In this document: piece by piece, positions 1 through 11,298 of the stretch | How the letters are laid out: each line of letters begins with the position of its first letter | Numbering within the stretch: the first letter of the stretch is position 1 | Assembly: GCA_000146045.2 (NCBI GenBank) | Contig: BK006934.2 | Coordinates: 448,001 to 512,000, forward strand | Reading direction: 5' to 3' | Length of the DNA stretch: 64,000 nt | Origin: TPA_inf: Saccharomyces | Lineage: Eukaryota | Translations under genes and position numbers: made by a program | Notes under the pieces: model-generated | The model's database searches: none | Told to the model about the DNA's origin: nothing | Seen by the model: the letters and a program-made list of their open reading frames with translations, nothing else

Positions 1-334
1 AAGTGATATGATAAAAACTATACGATTTGAAGATCTATGCGTTCACTTCACGTATCCAAGTTTCCCCTCCTAATAATTCACATTAATTTGGCATTCATAT
101 CTAAAGCGTTGCTATTACCCTTCCCCTGGTAGTCGCGGAACAACAAAAAACGCCAAAATAAGTAATGAAAATGTAAACAAAAAGGAACTAAGTTGAAAAG
201 TCATCGAAAGCGATACCACCTGGTTCTTTCTTCATTATAGACTAATTGTTGCGTGCCAAGAAGTTGTTTGTGTATCCATAATATTTATTATCAAACTGAT
301 CTAAGATTGCTTTGTACACATCTTGCGTGAAAAA

Positions 335-2806
335 ATGGAAATCAAAGAGGTAGATGACAGGGCAGAGCTACTGAGATATACCAACAATATTCCGTTACTT
401 GGAAAGCTAGTCAACCATCAACCATTATGGAGTACAAATCCTAAGTTAAAGTCCTTTTCGCTAGAAAAAATATCAGCCCCTGATCAAAGGCGTGTACAAG
501 AGGCATTAGTTGTAAAAGACCTATTAAATGTATTGATTGGACTTGAAGGAACATACATCAGATATTTTAATGATTATGAACCTAGTGACCCAGAGACACC
601 GATAGAATTTAAGATTGCCAAGAAAATGGATCCATCATTCAAAACATTCAGTAGAAGAATTGTTAGGTATGGTAAGCAATACATGATATTAACAAGGGCG
701 TATGAAAAATGGTCTGACACAAGCTTTGGGATGGTTTTGCAAAGATTTGCTTATGAAATCAGAAGATTCTTAGAAGACGTCTACTTAAAAACGTTAGTTG
801 AAAGGCTTGAAAGGGACTTTAACAAAGTGCCAAACTTTTCTATCAGAGAACTAGAACAAATCATTAATGAAACAGAAGTAAACAAACAAATGGAGTTGCT
901 GTACAATATTTATGAAGAAATTTTTAGAGAAATAGAAGAAAGAAGGACGAACCAATCTTCACAAGAAGATTTCAATAATTTTATGGACAGTATGAAGAAT
1001 GAAAGCAGCTTGCACTTACGATTAATGGTAGCATTTGACACAACAGTATATCCGGTACCCAAAGGTGGTGCCATATTGAAAATTTTTCAGCAAAAAATAC
1101 TGGAAAATTTGGGTGATAGGTCAAGCGTAATGTTTTTGAAGAAGCTATTGAATAATATAAGCCAAGACTATTGCACAATGCTGTATGAATGGCTAACACA
1201 GGGTATTTTAAACGACCCTTACCAAGAATTCATGACTTATGATGATTTGGAAGGTAAGACGGATAACATATTTGACACAAGAGACAGAGCGTGGGATACG
1301 CAATACTTCATAAGAAAAGATGTTTTGTTGCGGGATTGTGACTCAGAAGAGGATAAGAATCTACTATTCAAGATGTTAAGGACCGGTATTTTACTCAAAG
1401 TTGTTCGAGCTAGCTTACAAATACCCACCATACCTTCTAATAGCAGTGATATAACCATTCAAGAAATCAATGATTTCGCTGACTTAATGGAGGGTTCTAA
1501 TCTTGAACTTTACGTGGATAAATGTTACAGCAGAGCCAATGAAATATTTTTAAAGCTATTTTTTCAAGGTTACGATTTGATCAATGTATTAAAACATTTG
1601 CAACAAATTTTTCTTGGGTATCAATCTGGTCATAATGTTTTAAAGTTTCTAACAAAAAATATGGGTGAGTTGACCAAACACTACAGGAATGATAATAATG
1701 CAAACTATGACAAGCTGCTACAAAATTTTGAGTTAGAGAGACAATCCGAAAATCCAAACAACCTGATGAGGCAACTCCTGATGATACAGTTCGATACAGA
1801 AACACTTCCACAAGTCTTATCGCACTACCTCCAAATTTATCCAGAAGTACCTGAGAATAACTCAGCAAATGACGACAGCGACCCATTGATGCACGCGAAT
1901 AATTTCAAGAATATGAATGCCATTCTTTTTGATGAATTAAGCAAAGAACGAACGGGAGCCTACCATGGATCCAATCTAGAACTATATACTCCAAAAAGCG
2001 CAATTTATCATTTAAAATTTGACATCAACATACCTTATCCATTGAATATTATTATTAGTAGGACATGCATGATAAAATACCAAATAATCCTGCGCTACCA
2101 ACTAGTTTTACAATACCACTCAAGGCTTTTGGATGAGACTTGGATGGACTTAAACAAAACACCCAGCTGGAAATACAGAGGCTATTCGCACACTGTGAAG
2201 AGGAGGATAGTAAGGGCAACGAGAGTGCTGCATGCTAAGATGAACCACTTCATTAAAACCATCATGGAATATTTCAACCAAAACGTAATTGATAAAGAGG
2301 TATACTCATTAGAAAAGTGCTACAGAAATCCTACTCTTGCCGTTGCCATCCAAAATGAGCTAGAAGGTGGATTAACAAATATAATGACAAATCGTTGCTT
2401 GTCTGACTTGATTCCACTACAGTTACAAATATTTGACATTGTATATAAGTTTTGCAAGTTCATCAAATCTATGAGAGCAAAATTATGTCAACTGGACCCC
2501 GTACTATATGAGAAACACAAAAGCGGGATGATGAAAACACTAAACGAAGGCTATCGTACAAACAATGGCGGTCAGGAAGATGTTGGTTACCAAGAAGATG
2601 CCGCCCTGGAATTAATTCAGAAGCTGATTGAATACATTAGCAACGCGTCCAGCATTTTTCGGAAGTGTCTCATAAACTTTACTCAAGAGTTAAGTACTGA
2701 AAAATTCGACTTTTATGATAGTTCAAGTGTCGACGCTGCGGGTATAGAAAGGGTTCTTTACTCTATAGTACCTCCTCGCTCAGCATCTGCTTCTTCCCAA
2801 AGATGA
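335..2806 (+). CDS. SPC97: Spindle pole body gamma-tubulin small complex component (GCP2 homolog), 823 aa
   Basis: The track ORF 323..2806 begins with TTG. The first ATG at 335 gives MEIKEVDDRAELL... and an 823-aa protein, the length I recall for Spc97. It lies immediately upstream of ENO2, as YHR172W does on chrVIII. Confidence 0.88.
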   Translation: MEIKEVDDRAELLRYTNNIPLLGKLVNHQPLWSTNPKLKSFSLEKISAPDQRRVQEALVVKDLLNVLIGLEGTYIRYFNDYEPSDPETPIEFKIAKKMDPSFKTFSRRIVRYGKQYMILTRAYEKWSDTSFGMVLQRFAYEIRRFLEDVYLKTLVERLERDFNKVPNFSIRELEQIINETEVNKQMELLYNIYEEIFREIEERRTNQSSQEDFNNFMDSMKNESSLHLRLMVAFDTTVYPVPKGGAILKIFQQKILENLGDRSSVMFLKKLLNNISQDYCTMLYEWLTQGILNDPYQEFMTYDDLEGKTDNIFDTRDRAWDTQYFIRKDVLLRDCDSEEDKNLLFKMLRTGILLKVVRASLQIPTIPSNSSDITIQEINDFADLMEGSNLELYVDKCYSRANEIFLKLFFQGYDLINVLKHLQQIFLGYQSGHNVLKFLTKNMGELTKHYRNDNNANYDKLLQNFELERQSENPNNLMRQLLMIQFDTETLPQVLSHYLQIYPEVPENNSANDDSDPLMHANNFKNMNAILFDELSKERTGAYHGSNLELYTPKSAIYHLKFDINIPYPLNIIISRTCMIKYQIILRYQLVLQYHSRLLDETWMDLNKTPSWKYRGYSHTVKRRIVRATRVLHAKMNHFIKTIMEYFNQNVIDKEVYSLEKCYRNPTLAVAIQNELEGGLTNIMTNRCLSDLIPLQLQIFDIVYKFCKFIKSMRAKLCQLDPVLYEKHKSGMMKTLNEGYRTNNGGQEDVGYQEDAALELIQKLIEYISNASSIFRKCLINFTQELSTEKFDFYDSSSVDAAGIERVLYSIVPPRSASASSQR

Positions 2807-3133
2807 ACGCGGCGTTATGTCACTAACGACGTGCACCAACTTGCGGAAAGTGGAATCCCGTTCCAAAACTGGCATCCACTAATTGATACATCTACACACC
2901 GCACGCCTTTTTTCTGAAGCCCACTTTCGTGGACTTTGCCATATGCAAAATTCATGAAGTGTGATACCAAGTCAGCATACACCTCACTAGGGTAGTTTCT
3001 TTGGTTGTATTGATCATTTGGTTCATCGTGGTTCATTAATTTTTTTTCTCCATTGCTTTCTGGCTTTGATCTTACTATCATTTGGATTTTTGTCGAAGGT
3101 TGTAGAATTGTATGTGACAAGTGGCACCAAGCA

Positions 3134-3141
3134 TATATAAA
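3134..3141 (+). promoter_or_regulatory. Candidate TATA element (TATATAAA followed by an A-run) in the ENO2 promoter, about 190 bp upstream of the ATG
   Basis: catatataaaaaaaaaaag is read directly in the sequence. Its function is inferred and was not tested. Confidence 0.3.
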
Positions 3142-3326
3142 AAAAAAAAGCATTATCTTCCTACCAGAGTTGATTGTTAAAAACGTATTTATAGCAAACG
3201 CAATTGTAATTAATTCTTATTTTGTATCTTTTCTTCCCTTGTCTCAATCTTTTATTTTTATTTTATTTTTCTTTTCTTAGTTTCTTTCATAACACCAAGC
3301 AACTAATACTATAACATACAATAATA

Positions 3327-4640
3327 ATGGCTGTCTCTAAAGTTTACGCTAGATCCGTCTACGACTCCCGTGGTAACCCAACCGTCGAAGTCGAATTAAC
3401 CACCGAAAAGGGTGTTTTCAGATCCATTGTTCCATCTGGTGCCTCCACCGGTGTCCACGAAGCTTTGGAAATGAGAGATGAAGACAAATCCAAGTGGATG
3501 GGTAAGGGTGTTATGAACGCTGTCAACAACGTCAACAACGTCATTGCTGCTGCTTTCGTCAAGGCCAACCTAGATGTTAAGGACCAAAAGGCCGTCGATG
3601 ACTTCTTGTTGTCTTTGGATGGTACCGCCAACAAGTCCAAGTTGGGTGCTAACGCTATCTTGGGTGTCTCCATGGCCGCTGCTAGAGCCGCTGCTGCTGA
3701 AAAGAACGTCCCATTGTACCAACATTTGGCTGACTTGTCTAAGTCCAAGACCTCTCCATACGTTTTGCCAGTTCCATTCTTGAACGTTTTGAACGGTGGT
3801 TCCCACGCTGGTGGTGCTTTGGCTTTGCAAGAATTCATGATTGCTCCAACTGGTGCTAAGACCTTCGCTGAAGCCATGAGAATTGGTTCCGAAGTTTACC
3901 ACAACTTGAAGTCTTTGACCAAGAAGAGATACGGTGCTTCTGCCGGTAACGTCGGTGACGAAGGTGGTGTTGCTCCAAACATTCAAACCGCTGAAGAAGC
4001 TTTGGACTTGATTGTTGACGCTATCAAGGCTGCTGGTCACGACGGTAAGGTCAAGATCGGTTTGGACTGTGCTTCCTCTGAATTCTTCAAGGACGGTAAG
4101 TACGACTTGGACTTCAAGAACCCAGAATCTGACAAATCCAAGTGGTTGACTGGTGTCGAATTAGCTGACATGTACCACTCCTTGATGAAGAGATACCCAA
4201 TTGTCTCCATCGAAGATCCATTTGCTGAAGATGACTGGGAAGCTTGGTCTCACTTCTTCAAGACCGCTGGTATCCAAATTGTTGCTGATGACTTGACTGT
4301 CACCAACCCAGCTAGAATTGCTACCGCCATCGAAAAGAAGGCTGCTGACGCTTTGTTGTTGAAGGTTAACCAAATCGGTACCTTGTCTGAATCCATCAAG
4401 GCTGCTCAAGACTCTTTCGCTGCCAACTGGGGTGTTATGGTTTCCCACAGATCTGGTGAAACTGAAGACACTTTCATTGCTGACTTGGTTGTCGGTTTGA
4501 GAACTGGTCAAATCAAGACTGGTGCTCCAGCTAGATCCGAAAGATTGGCTAAGTTGAACCAATTGTTGAGAATCGAAGAAGAATTGGGTGACAAGGCTGT
4601 CTACGCCGGTGAAAACTTCCACCACGGTGACAAGTTGTAA
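3327..4640 (+). CDS. ENO2: Enolase II (2-phosphoglycerate dehydratase), 437 aa
   Basis: The 437-aa translation matches my memory of yeast enolase. The residues [26 protein letters not shown] are the ENO2 isoform rather than ENO1. Extreme glycolytic codon bias produces several long antisense ORFs. Confidence 0.97.
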   Translation: MAVSKVYARSVYDSRGNPTVEVELTTEKGVFRSIVPSGASTGVHEALEMRDEDKSKWMGKGVMNAVNNVNNVIAAAFVKANLDVKDQKAVDDFLLSLDGTANKSKLGANAILGVSMAAARAAAAEKNVPLYQHLADLSKSKTSPYVLPVPFLNVLNGGSHAGGALALQEFMIAPTGAKTFAEAMRIGSEVYHNLKSLTKKRYGASAGNVGDEGGVAPNIQTAEEALDLIVDAIKAAGHDGKVKIGLDCASSEFFKDGKYDLDFKNPESDKSKWLTGVELADMYHSLMKRYPIVSIEDPFAEDDWEAWSHFFKTAGIQIVADDLTVTNPARIATAIEKKAADALLLKVNQIGTLSESIKAAQDSFAANWGVMVSHRSGETEDTFIADLVVGLRTGQIKTGAPARSERLAKLNQLLRIEEELGDKAVYAGENFHHGDKL

Positions 4641-4871
4641 AGTGCTTTTAACTAAGAATTATTAGTCTTTTCTGCTTATTTTTTCATCATAGTTTAGAAC
4701 ACTTTATATTAACGAATAGTTTATGAATCTATTTAGGTTTAAAAATTGATACAGTTTTATAAGTTACTTTTTCAAAGACTCGTGCTGTCTATTGCATAAT
4801 GCACTGGAAGGGGAAAAAAAAGGTGCACACGCGTGGCTTTTTCTTGAATTTGCAGTTTGAAAAATAACTAC

Positions 4872-5441
4872 ATGGATGATAAGAAAACATGGAGTACAGT
4901 CACTTTGAGAACCTTCAATCAGCTGGTAACGTCTTCGTTAATTGGATACTCAAAAAAGATGGATAGCATGAATCACAAGATGGAAGGAAATGCGGGCCAC
5001 GACCACAGTGATATGCATATGGGAGATGGAGATGATACCTGTTCGATGAATATGCTATTTTCGTGGTCATACAAGAATACGTGTGTCGTCTTTGAATGGT
5101 GGCATATCAAGACCCTGCCTGGACTGATTTTAAGTTGTTTAGCAATTTTTGGTCTAGCCTACCTCTATGAGTACTTAAAGTACTGTGTCCATAAGAGACA
5201 ATTATCCCAGAGAGTATTGTTACCAAATAGATCTCTGACCAAGATCAACCAAGCCGACAAAGTGTCCAATAGTATTCTATATGGTTTGCAAGTGGGATTC
5301 TCATTCATGCTCATGCTTGTATTCATGACTTATAATGGTTGGTTAATGTTAGCTGTCGTGTGTGGGGCAATATGGGGTAATTACAGCTGGTGTACTTCGT
5401 ATAGTCCTGAGATAGATGACAGCTCCCTCGCCTGCCATTAA
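4872..5441 (+). CDS. CTR2: Low-affinity vacuolar copper transporter, 189 aa
   Basis: The track ORF 4857..5441 starts at TTG. The ATG at 4872 gives MDDKKTWSTV... and 189 aa with Ctr-family transmembrane and Met motifs. Position after ENO2 matches YHR175W. Confidence 0.85.
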   Translation: MDDKKTWSTVTLRTFNQLVTSSLIGYSKKMDSMNHKMEGNAGHDHSDMHMGDGDDTCSMNMLFSWSYKNTCVVFEWWHIKTLPGLILSCLAIFGLAYLYEYLKYCVHKRQLSQRVLLPNRSLTKINQADKVSNSILYGLQVGFSFMLMLVFMTYNGWLMLAVVCGAIWGNYSWCTSYSPEIDDSSLACH

Positions 5442-6228
5442 GATGGTGACAAATATTACAAATTTGATACTATTTGTATCTATTTTGTTTTTATCCGGGA
5501 TTTTTCGTATTTCTTCCTCATTCATACCCTTCCCTTTATTTGTTCCCACTGAGTATAATGATAAACTACGTTAACATTACATGTATAATATTTAGCACTC
5601 GTACGTTACTAGTCTTTGACACAAGTTTATATATCCCCCCCTTTATGTTATCGTTTATTGGCTACAGCCTCAGTAATCAAAATAGTCCACTATTTCTATA
5701 TCATTAACTTCTGCGTCGCCAAGATGTTAATCATGAAACGATCTAGTTCTTCAACAGTTTGCCAGCGACCATTCGAGCTAATCTTGAACAAAAGTAATAC
5801 TATTTAAGGGTGGGCGCGGGTTGTTATACCGTTTTGAGACGATCTACTATAACGTTATATTTAATTATATAAGTGATGAATTTAATGTCCCGTCCACAAC
5901 ACGAAATCGCACCTCATTTCAACGCGGCAAGTATTAATGTTCTGCTTTATGAAAGATTCCATGAACCCTTTTCTACCTTTTAAATTCCTCTTTTCACTCT
6001 TAATCACATGATATTACCTTTACATAGGAAGCGCCAGACATCTTTTTGCCGAGAAAAGCCATTATGCAAGATAATCCTGTAGCCTCATATCAAGGATAAA
6101 TGCCACTGCAAAAACGCAGTCGTTATTTGGGACTGTATTTAAATGGGCCACTGTTTTTATACAAGTCGAAAATACAATAATACAGAAAATTCAAGCAGGA
6201 AGCGAGAAATAACAAGAAGTAACTAGGC

Positions 6229-7527
6229 ATGACAGTGAATGACAAAAAAAGATTGGCAATCATAGGTGGGGGGCCAGGAGGGTTGGCAGCTGCAAGAGTT
6301 TTCTCGCAAAGTCTTCCAAATTTTGAAATAGAAATATTTGTAAAGGATTACGATATTGGCGGTGTCTGGCATTATCCAGAACAAAAAAGTGATGGGAGGG
6401 TCATGTATGACCATTTGGAAACCAATATATCAAAGAAGTTAATGCAGTTTAGCGGCTTTCCCTTCGAGGAAAACGTCCCTTTATATCCGTCTCGAAGAAA
6501 CATTTGGGAATACTTGAAAGCCTATTACAAAACGTTCATTGCCAACAAAGATGCTATCAGCATCCATTTCAGCACCGAAGTTACCTACTTAAAGAAGAAG
6601 AACTCTCAATGGGAGATAACATCTAAAGACGAACTAAGGACTACTAAATCGGATTTTGACTTCGTTATTGTTGCGTCTGGTCACTACAGTGTCCCTAAAC
6701 TACCAACTAATATCGCAGGTCTCGATCTATGGTTCGACAATAAGGGCGCCTTTCATTCTAAGGATTTCAAAAACTGCGAGTTTGCCCGTGAAAAAGTCGT
6801 TATTGTGGTGGGAAACGGCAGTTCCGGCCAAGATATTGCCAACCAACTAACTACCGTTGCAAAGAAAGTATATAATAGTATAAAAGAGCCTGCGAGCAAT
6901 CAACTGAAGGCCAAGTTAATCGAGACTGTCCAAACAATAGACAGTGCCGATTGGAAAAATCGTTCAGTTACTTTATCTGATGGAAGAGTACTTCAGAATA
7001 TAGACTACATTATTTTCGCCACAGGCTATTATTACAGCTTTCCATTTATAGAGCCCTCCGTTAGACTGGAAGTGCTAGGTGAGGGTGTTACTGGCGACAA
7101 GCACTCGTCTGTCAATCTGCACAATTTGTGGGAGCACATGATCTATGTAAAAGATCCTACGCTGTCCTTTATCTTGACCCCGCAGTTGGTCATCCCGTTC
7201 CCGTTGTCGGAACTACAGGCGGCTATTATGGTCGAAGTATTCTGTAAAAGCTTACCGATAACTACAACTTTCGACTCTAATGCCTGCGGAACGCACAACT
7301 TCCCAAAGGGAAAGGACCTGGAATACTATGCAGAACTACAGGAACTACTGAATAGCATTCCACGTAGGGTCGGTCATTTCGAACCAGTTGTATGGGATGA
7401 TAGACTGATCGATCTAAGAAACAGTAGTTATACAGACAAAGAAGAAAGAAATGTGCTTCTAGCGGAACACGCACAAGCCCTAAAGAAAAAAAAAGCACCA
7501 TACTTCCTTCCGGCGCCACATACTTAA
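6229..7527 (+). CDS. FMO1: Flavin-containing monooxygenase, 432 aa
   Basis: There is an N-terminal FAD-binding GxGxxG motif (IIGGGPGGLAAA) and a second NADPH-binding motif (GNGSSGQD). The 432-aa length and position match YHR176W. Confidence 0.9.
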   Translation: MTVNDKKRLAIIGGGPGGLAAARVFSQSLPNFEIEIFVKDYDIGGVWHYPEQKSDGRVMYDHLETNISKKLMQFSGFPFEENVPLYPSRRNIWEYLKAYYKTFIANKDAISIHFSTEVTYLKKKNSQWEITSKDELRTTKSDFDFVIVASGHYSVPKLPTNIAGLDLWFDNKGAFHSKDFKNCEFAREKVVIVVGNGSSGQDIANQLTTVAKKVYNSIKEPASNQLKAKLIETVQTIDSADWKNRSVTLSDGRVLQNIDYIIFATGYYYSFPFIEPSVRLEVLGEGVTGDKHSSVNLHNLWEHMIYVKDPTLSFILTPQLVIPFPLSELQAAIMVEVFCKSLPITTTFDSNACGTHNFPKGKDLEYYAELQELLNSIPRRVGHFEPVVWDDRLIDLRNSSYTDKEERNVLLAEHAQALKKKKAPYFLPAPHT

Positions 7528-8590
7528 CGTAAAAAGGAATGTACTTGTATAGAAAAAACACATATTGTGCCGCTTAATATTTCGTTTCCCTCATGTATAT
7601 ACCTTATCGCTGTTAAAATAAGAAATCTTCACTTCTGCTATCTTTTTTTTTCAAACATTGATTAATAATCCGGCCGTCCGCAGATTGCTTACGCAGAATA
7701 TACCGTACCGCCACCGTAAAATTAACGAATACTTAAATTTCCGCCTCTTCCGTTTCGGCAATAGCGAACCTTAATGTAAGTTTTTAAAAGGCAGCGCCAA
7801 AAATTGCTCTGAAAGGCCTGCAGTGCTTCGCGGCTACGCAGTTCCCATGTAAAAAAAAAAGAAAACTTTCTTTTTGAATCTGGAAAATCCGCACAGGCGC
7901 GCCAGCATAAACCTCAGTATCCTGCAAAGGCCATCCTTTTAAAGATCTTAACAACGTATGAATCTGAGGCAGAGAGAAATTAAGCGATAAACGTTCCTTT
8001 TAGACTTTCACTTTCTTGGCCGTCATTTAAAAAAAAATTATCTAATAATCTCTAATTTTAAGTTGAAATCACGCTAACATATGACTATGACTATTAACCT
8101 TTTTATGTGGAAAAAAAAGGAAGAATATGTTGTAAACGTATTTTAGCCTTGTTCCCGGAACTTTAATCACTCTGGCAACTTTTTAAGTAGTCTGTCTTTT
8201 TCTCGGTCGTATATTCCTCAAAATTCAAGAGGAAAGAGGAAGTGAAGAAGAAAGCCTAGAAAAAAAAAATAGGCATTAACACAAAAACGCACCTAAGGGA
8301 CTGAGGAAAATCAAAAAAATGATAATTGCAGTTAGTAAATCTTCATAATCGACGCCCACTTATTCTTTCTTTATAGTACCGGGTAGGCGGGTAATTCATA
8401 CGTAGCTGCTGCGGGAGAACTACTATGTATCATTCCCTGTTTATTTGTATGAATTATTATTTAATACGTACATTCTTGTAAGCCCTTCTTCAACAAAACA
8501 AACAAATAAAGCGAGAAAAAAGGGAACCACGAATTAAGATAATTAATCAAACAATAGATAGGAAAAGGAGATCGACGAGTAAGCGTAAGA

Positions 8591-9952
8591 ATGATGGATA
8601 TCAGCCCTACCTGTTATGGGTACATCGACGACGAGCAAGATCTAGCCCTTGTTTTCCAGGGCGTATTCAATGGAAATTTGAGATGCATCGAACGGAGGCC
8701 ATATGATGCAGAAAAGGTTGAATTAGTCAACCCCGGAAACATTTTTGTTTTCAACGAAGAGAAATCCGGCATCAAAAGATGGACAGATGGTTTTTCTTGG
8801 TCTCCTTCAAGAATTTCAGGCAAATTTCTCGTATATAGAGAGTATAATAGGCTGGGTTCCACGCACGATCTACCGCTGCATAATGTACCTGAGTATAATA
8901 TCTTCGAGAGGGCTCATAGGAAGTATTTTTATACTGGACTACTGAAAAAAACATTTTCTCTAAAATTCAATATGGATCCCACCGACAGCACTAAGCTGGA
9001 AACATTTCATCTTATTGCGTACTATACGGAAAAGGATATTCATCAAGGAAGTTTGAGGAGACCTTCAGAAAATCCTTTCTTCCATAAATTTCGACCTTCA
9101 CAGAAACTATTAGATGCTTTACAAAAAGTTGCTGTAGGAAATGGCAGATCTAACCCGTCTAAAAATAATGAGAGAGGCAGAACCAAAGCTCATAATTATA
9201 AAACGCGCAGGTCTTTATCATCTTCTCCGAGCTATTGTGATCTCTTGAGCAATTATAACAACCATCCTGGAAATATTCCAGTTAGGACCGCAGTTCAGTT
9301 ACCTTTAACCACCTTCAATAACGCTCCTCGAGAAATGCACCAACAGCAGCACCGACAACAGCAACAATATCTCTTACCCATAGATGAACAGAATAAATTA
9401 CCTCTCCCGTATATGCAGCACCAGCCACAACCAATTGGTGTTTACAATCCTAACTATCAGCCTGGATTGAGACGTACGGTCTCACAACCTATGATTTTCT
9501 GCAATACATACAATACTCTCCCGCAACAACCTACTGCAGCACCTTATGAACGGCGTGGCGTGTCGCCTTCAGTGATATACTCCTCCAATACATTGAGCCC
9601 AATACCATACCAAAATATCGATCCATACTCTTCGAGGTCGGGTCCTGAATGCAATCACTCTAAGGCGCCTATCGCCCCAACAATGATGCCCCCAGTACAC
9701 CATATACTTGTGCATGATTACCGACAACCAAAACCAGTCACAGATTCTATTAATCCTCCAAATGTAAACATAACCACCTCCACAACCAACAAGAACCTAG
9801 ATGGCATTTATATTTTGCCAGCTCCTCGTATGAATCCCCCGGCTCAAACACAATACCAAATGATTCATGCGCCAGACAGCATGCAACATCCACCAACATT
9901 TAGTAAAAACAACACATCAAGCAATCCTAAATCCCACCAATACTCAAAGTAG
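8591..9952 (+). CDS. YHR177W: WOPR (Gti1/Pac2)-family putative transcription regulator, 453 aa, paralog of MIT1
   Basis: The N-terminal 90 aa carry the conserved WOPR box (GYIDDEQDLALVFQG...IKRWTDGFSWSPSRISGKFLVYRE). The C-terminal half is Q/P/N-rich low complexity. Confidence 0.85.
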   Translation: MMDISPTCYGYIDDEQDLALVFQGVFNGNLRCIERRPYDAEKVELVNPGNIFVFNEEKSGIKRWTDGFSWSPSRISGKFLVYREYNRLGSTHDLPLHNVPEYNIFERAHRKYFYTGLLKKTFSLKFNMDPTDSTKLETFHLIAYYTEKDIHQGSLRRPSENPFFHKFRPSQKLLDALQKVAVGNGRSNPSKNNERGRTKAHNYKTRRSLSSSPSYCDLLSNYNNHPGNIPVRTAVQLPLTTFNNAPREMHQQQHRQQQQYLLPIDEQNKLPLPYMQHQPQPIGVYNPNYQPGLRRTVSQPMIFCNTYNTLPQQPTAAPYERRGVSPSVIYSSNTLSPIPYQNIDPYSSRSGPECNHSKAPIAPTMMPPVHHILVHDYRQPKPVTDSINPPNVNITTSTTNKNLDGIYILPAPRMNPPAQTQYQMIHAPDSMQHPPTFSKNNTSSNPKSHQYSK

Positions 9953-11298
9953 AAGATCAGCATCCTTTCAATTGCTGAAAGGTTCACCTAAAGTACCGCT
10001 CATATTCCAAAAGGATTCTTCACTACATAGAAAGGGCAGCCAATTGTGTGTTTTTCAGAAAGGGTTTTAAAAAAACAGGAGGGTGCTTGTTCTTGTTGTT
10101 CCCTACCATCGATGGATTTCGAAAAACTATTTATAGGACCATCTGATTTTCACCTCCATCATTGTATCATATACTAACAAGCATATCCAAATTTGTAATT
10201 CTATCATGAAATTTCCAGAGAAAGAAACGCAAGGGAACTGAGAAATCAAACCTAAAAACGGTTCTTGGCATTGTTATGAAAAATGAATAAACCAGGGGGG
10301 CAAAACAATCGAGAACCCCAATCAAAACCATGTGAGATACCCACTTCGAAAGTTACTGATATTATAACTCTTGTGTCCTCTCTTCTAATACCTTACTTTC
10401 ACCTTTCTCACGTAGTTAAAGTTGCAACAACACATTTTGTCCTCATCCAATTTCTTCTATAGAATATCCGTTTGCCTCCAGGAGTGAAGAAATGATAGCA
10501 GTAACACTGTGAAAGCGAGACTAAGAGAAACGACTTAAAGCTCGAAGACTTCTTGAGGATACGTTTATGTTTCTGTGGCTTCTTCTTCGCGGCGCGGTTC
10601 TCGCGTATAGGAATGTTCTAAGACAAGAAGGCATGAAGTTATGTTAACAGATTCTATATCTACTCGCTACGCATATATAAACGGATTCATCATTGAAACA
10701 ATGGTACTTGTGGTAATGTGTACGACGATTTCAACCCGAATAAAAGCAAAAGTGCAAAAAAAAAACAAGAAGCGCTTAGCACTGTTGAATCATTTAGAAC
10801 ACTACTAATGCTGGTAATACACTCAAGAATGAAGAGTGGCTTACTCCATTGTTGATGCAAAAGTTGTAAATTTCACGAATTATTTAATGCGTTCCTTGCA
10901 ACCTTCTATTTTGATGAACATCAGGAATTGAAACAAAAAAAAGGCTTCAATCTCAACGGAAAACGGGAAGAAAACTACACTCGATTATACTATATATGCC
11001 AAGAAGATTCTCCGACAGATTGTCTACTTAATTTCACATAATATATCTTGTTTTACTAGCTTATTATATAGCGTCGCATTTAATTCATGGCGCCATCACC
11101 CGCAGGGAATATAACGACAAGGCCGATACCACGGGAAAAATAGGGCGAGCGGAAATACTAAAAGAAAAATAAGCTTCCGAAATAAAACACCGACAATGAA
11201 GTTCTTGGCAAGGTTCGGTTATTTCCTCTACGTAACAAGAGGTATAATATCCGAGCGTACAGGGCTAAAAAATTAATACAAAGGTGTAAAAGAAGGAC

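Noticed and set aside
323-334. N-terminal extensions in the ORF track for SPC97, CTR2 (4857), YHR180W (17124), YHR182W (20162), KOG1 (32702), IKI1 (32966), CTF8 (38745), EGD2 (40242), RIX1 (45851) and PPX1 (53155)
   Set aside because: The track allows TTG and other non-ATG starts. Trimming to the first in-frame ATG reproduces the known protein lengths in every case.
2815-3153. 112-aa minus-strand ORF in the SPC97-ENO2 intergenic region, corresponding to the annotated dubious ORF YHR173C
   Set aside because: It overlaps the ENO2 promoter and TATA region, has no homology or domain features, and has AT-rich low-complexity coding. It is almost certainly non-coding.
3359-4625. Long antisense ORFs inside ENO2 (3359..3877, 3570..4040, 4161..4625). 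Similar ones occur in GND1 (22939..23541), OYE2 (14856..15296) and RPS4B (56485..56871, 56595..56858).
   Set aside because: These genes use a very restricted, highly biased codon set (GGT, GCT, TTG, AAG...). That depletes stop codons on the complementary strand, so these are the expected artefact of highly expressed yeast genes and not overlapping genes.
5442-6228. Small ORFs (77 aa at 5474..5707, 63 aa at 5616..5807) in the CTR2-FMO1 intergenic region
   Set aside because: They are short with no codon bias or motifs. A small annotated ORF may exist here, but I cannot support it from sequence alone.
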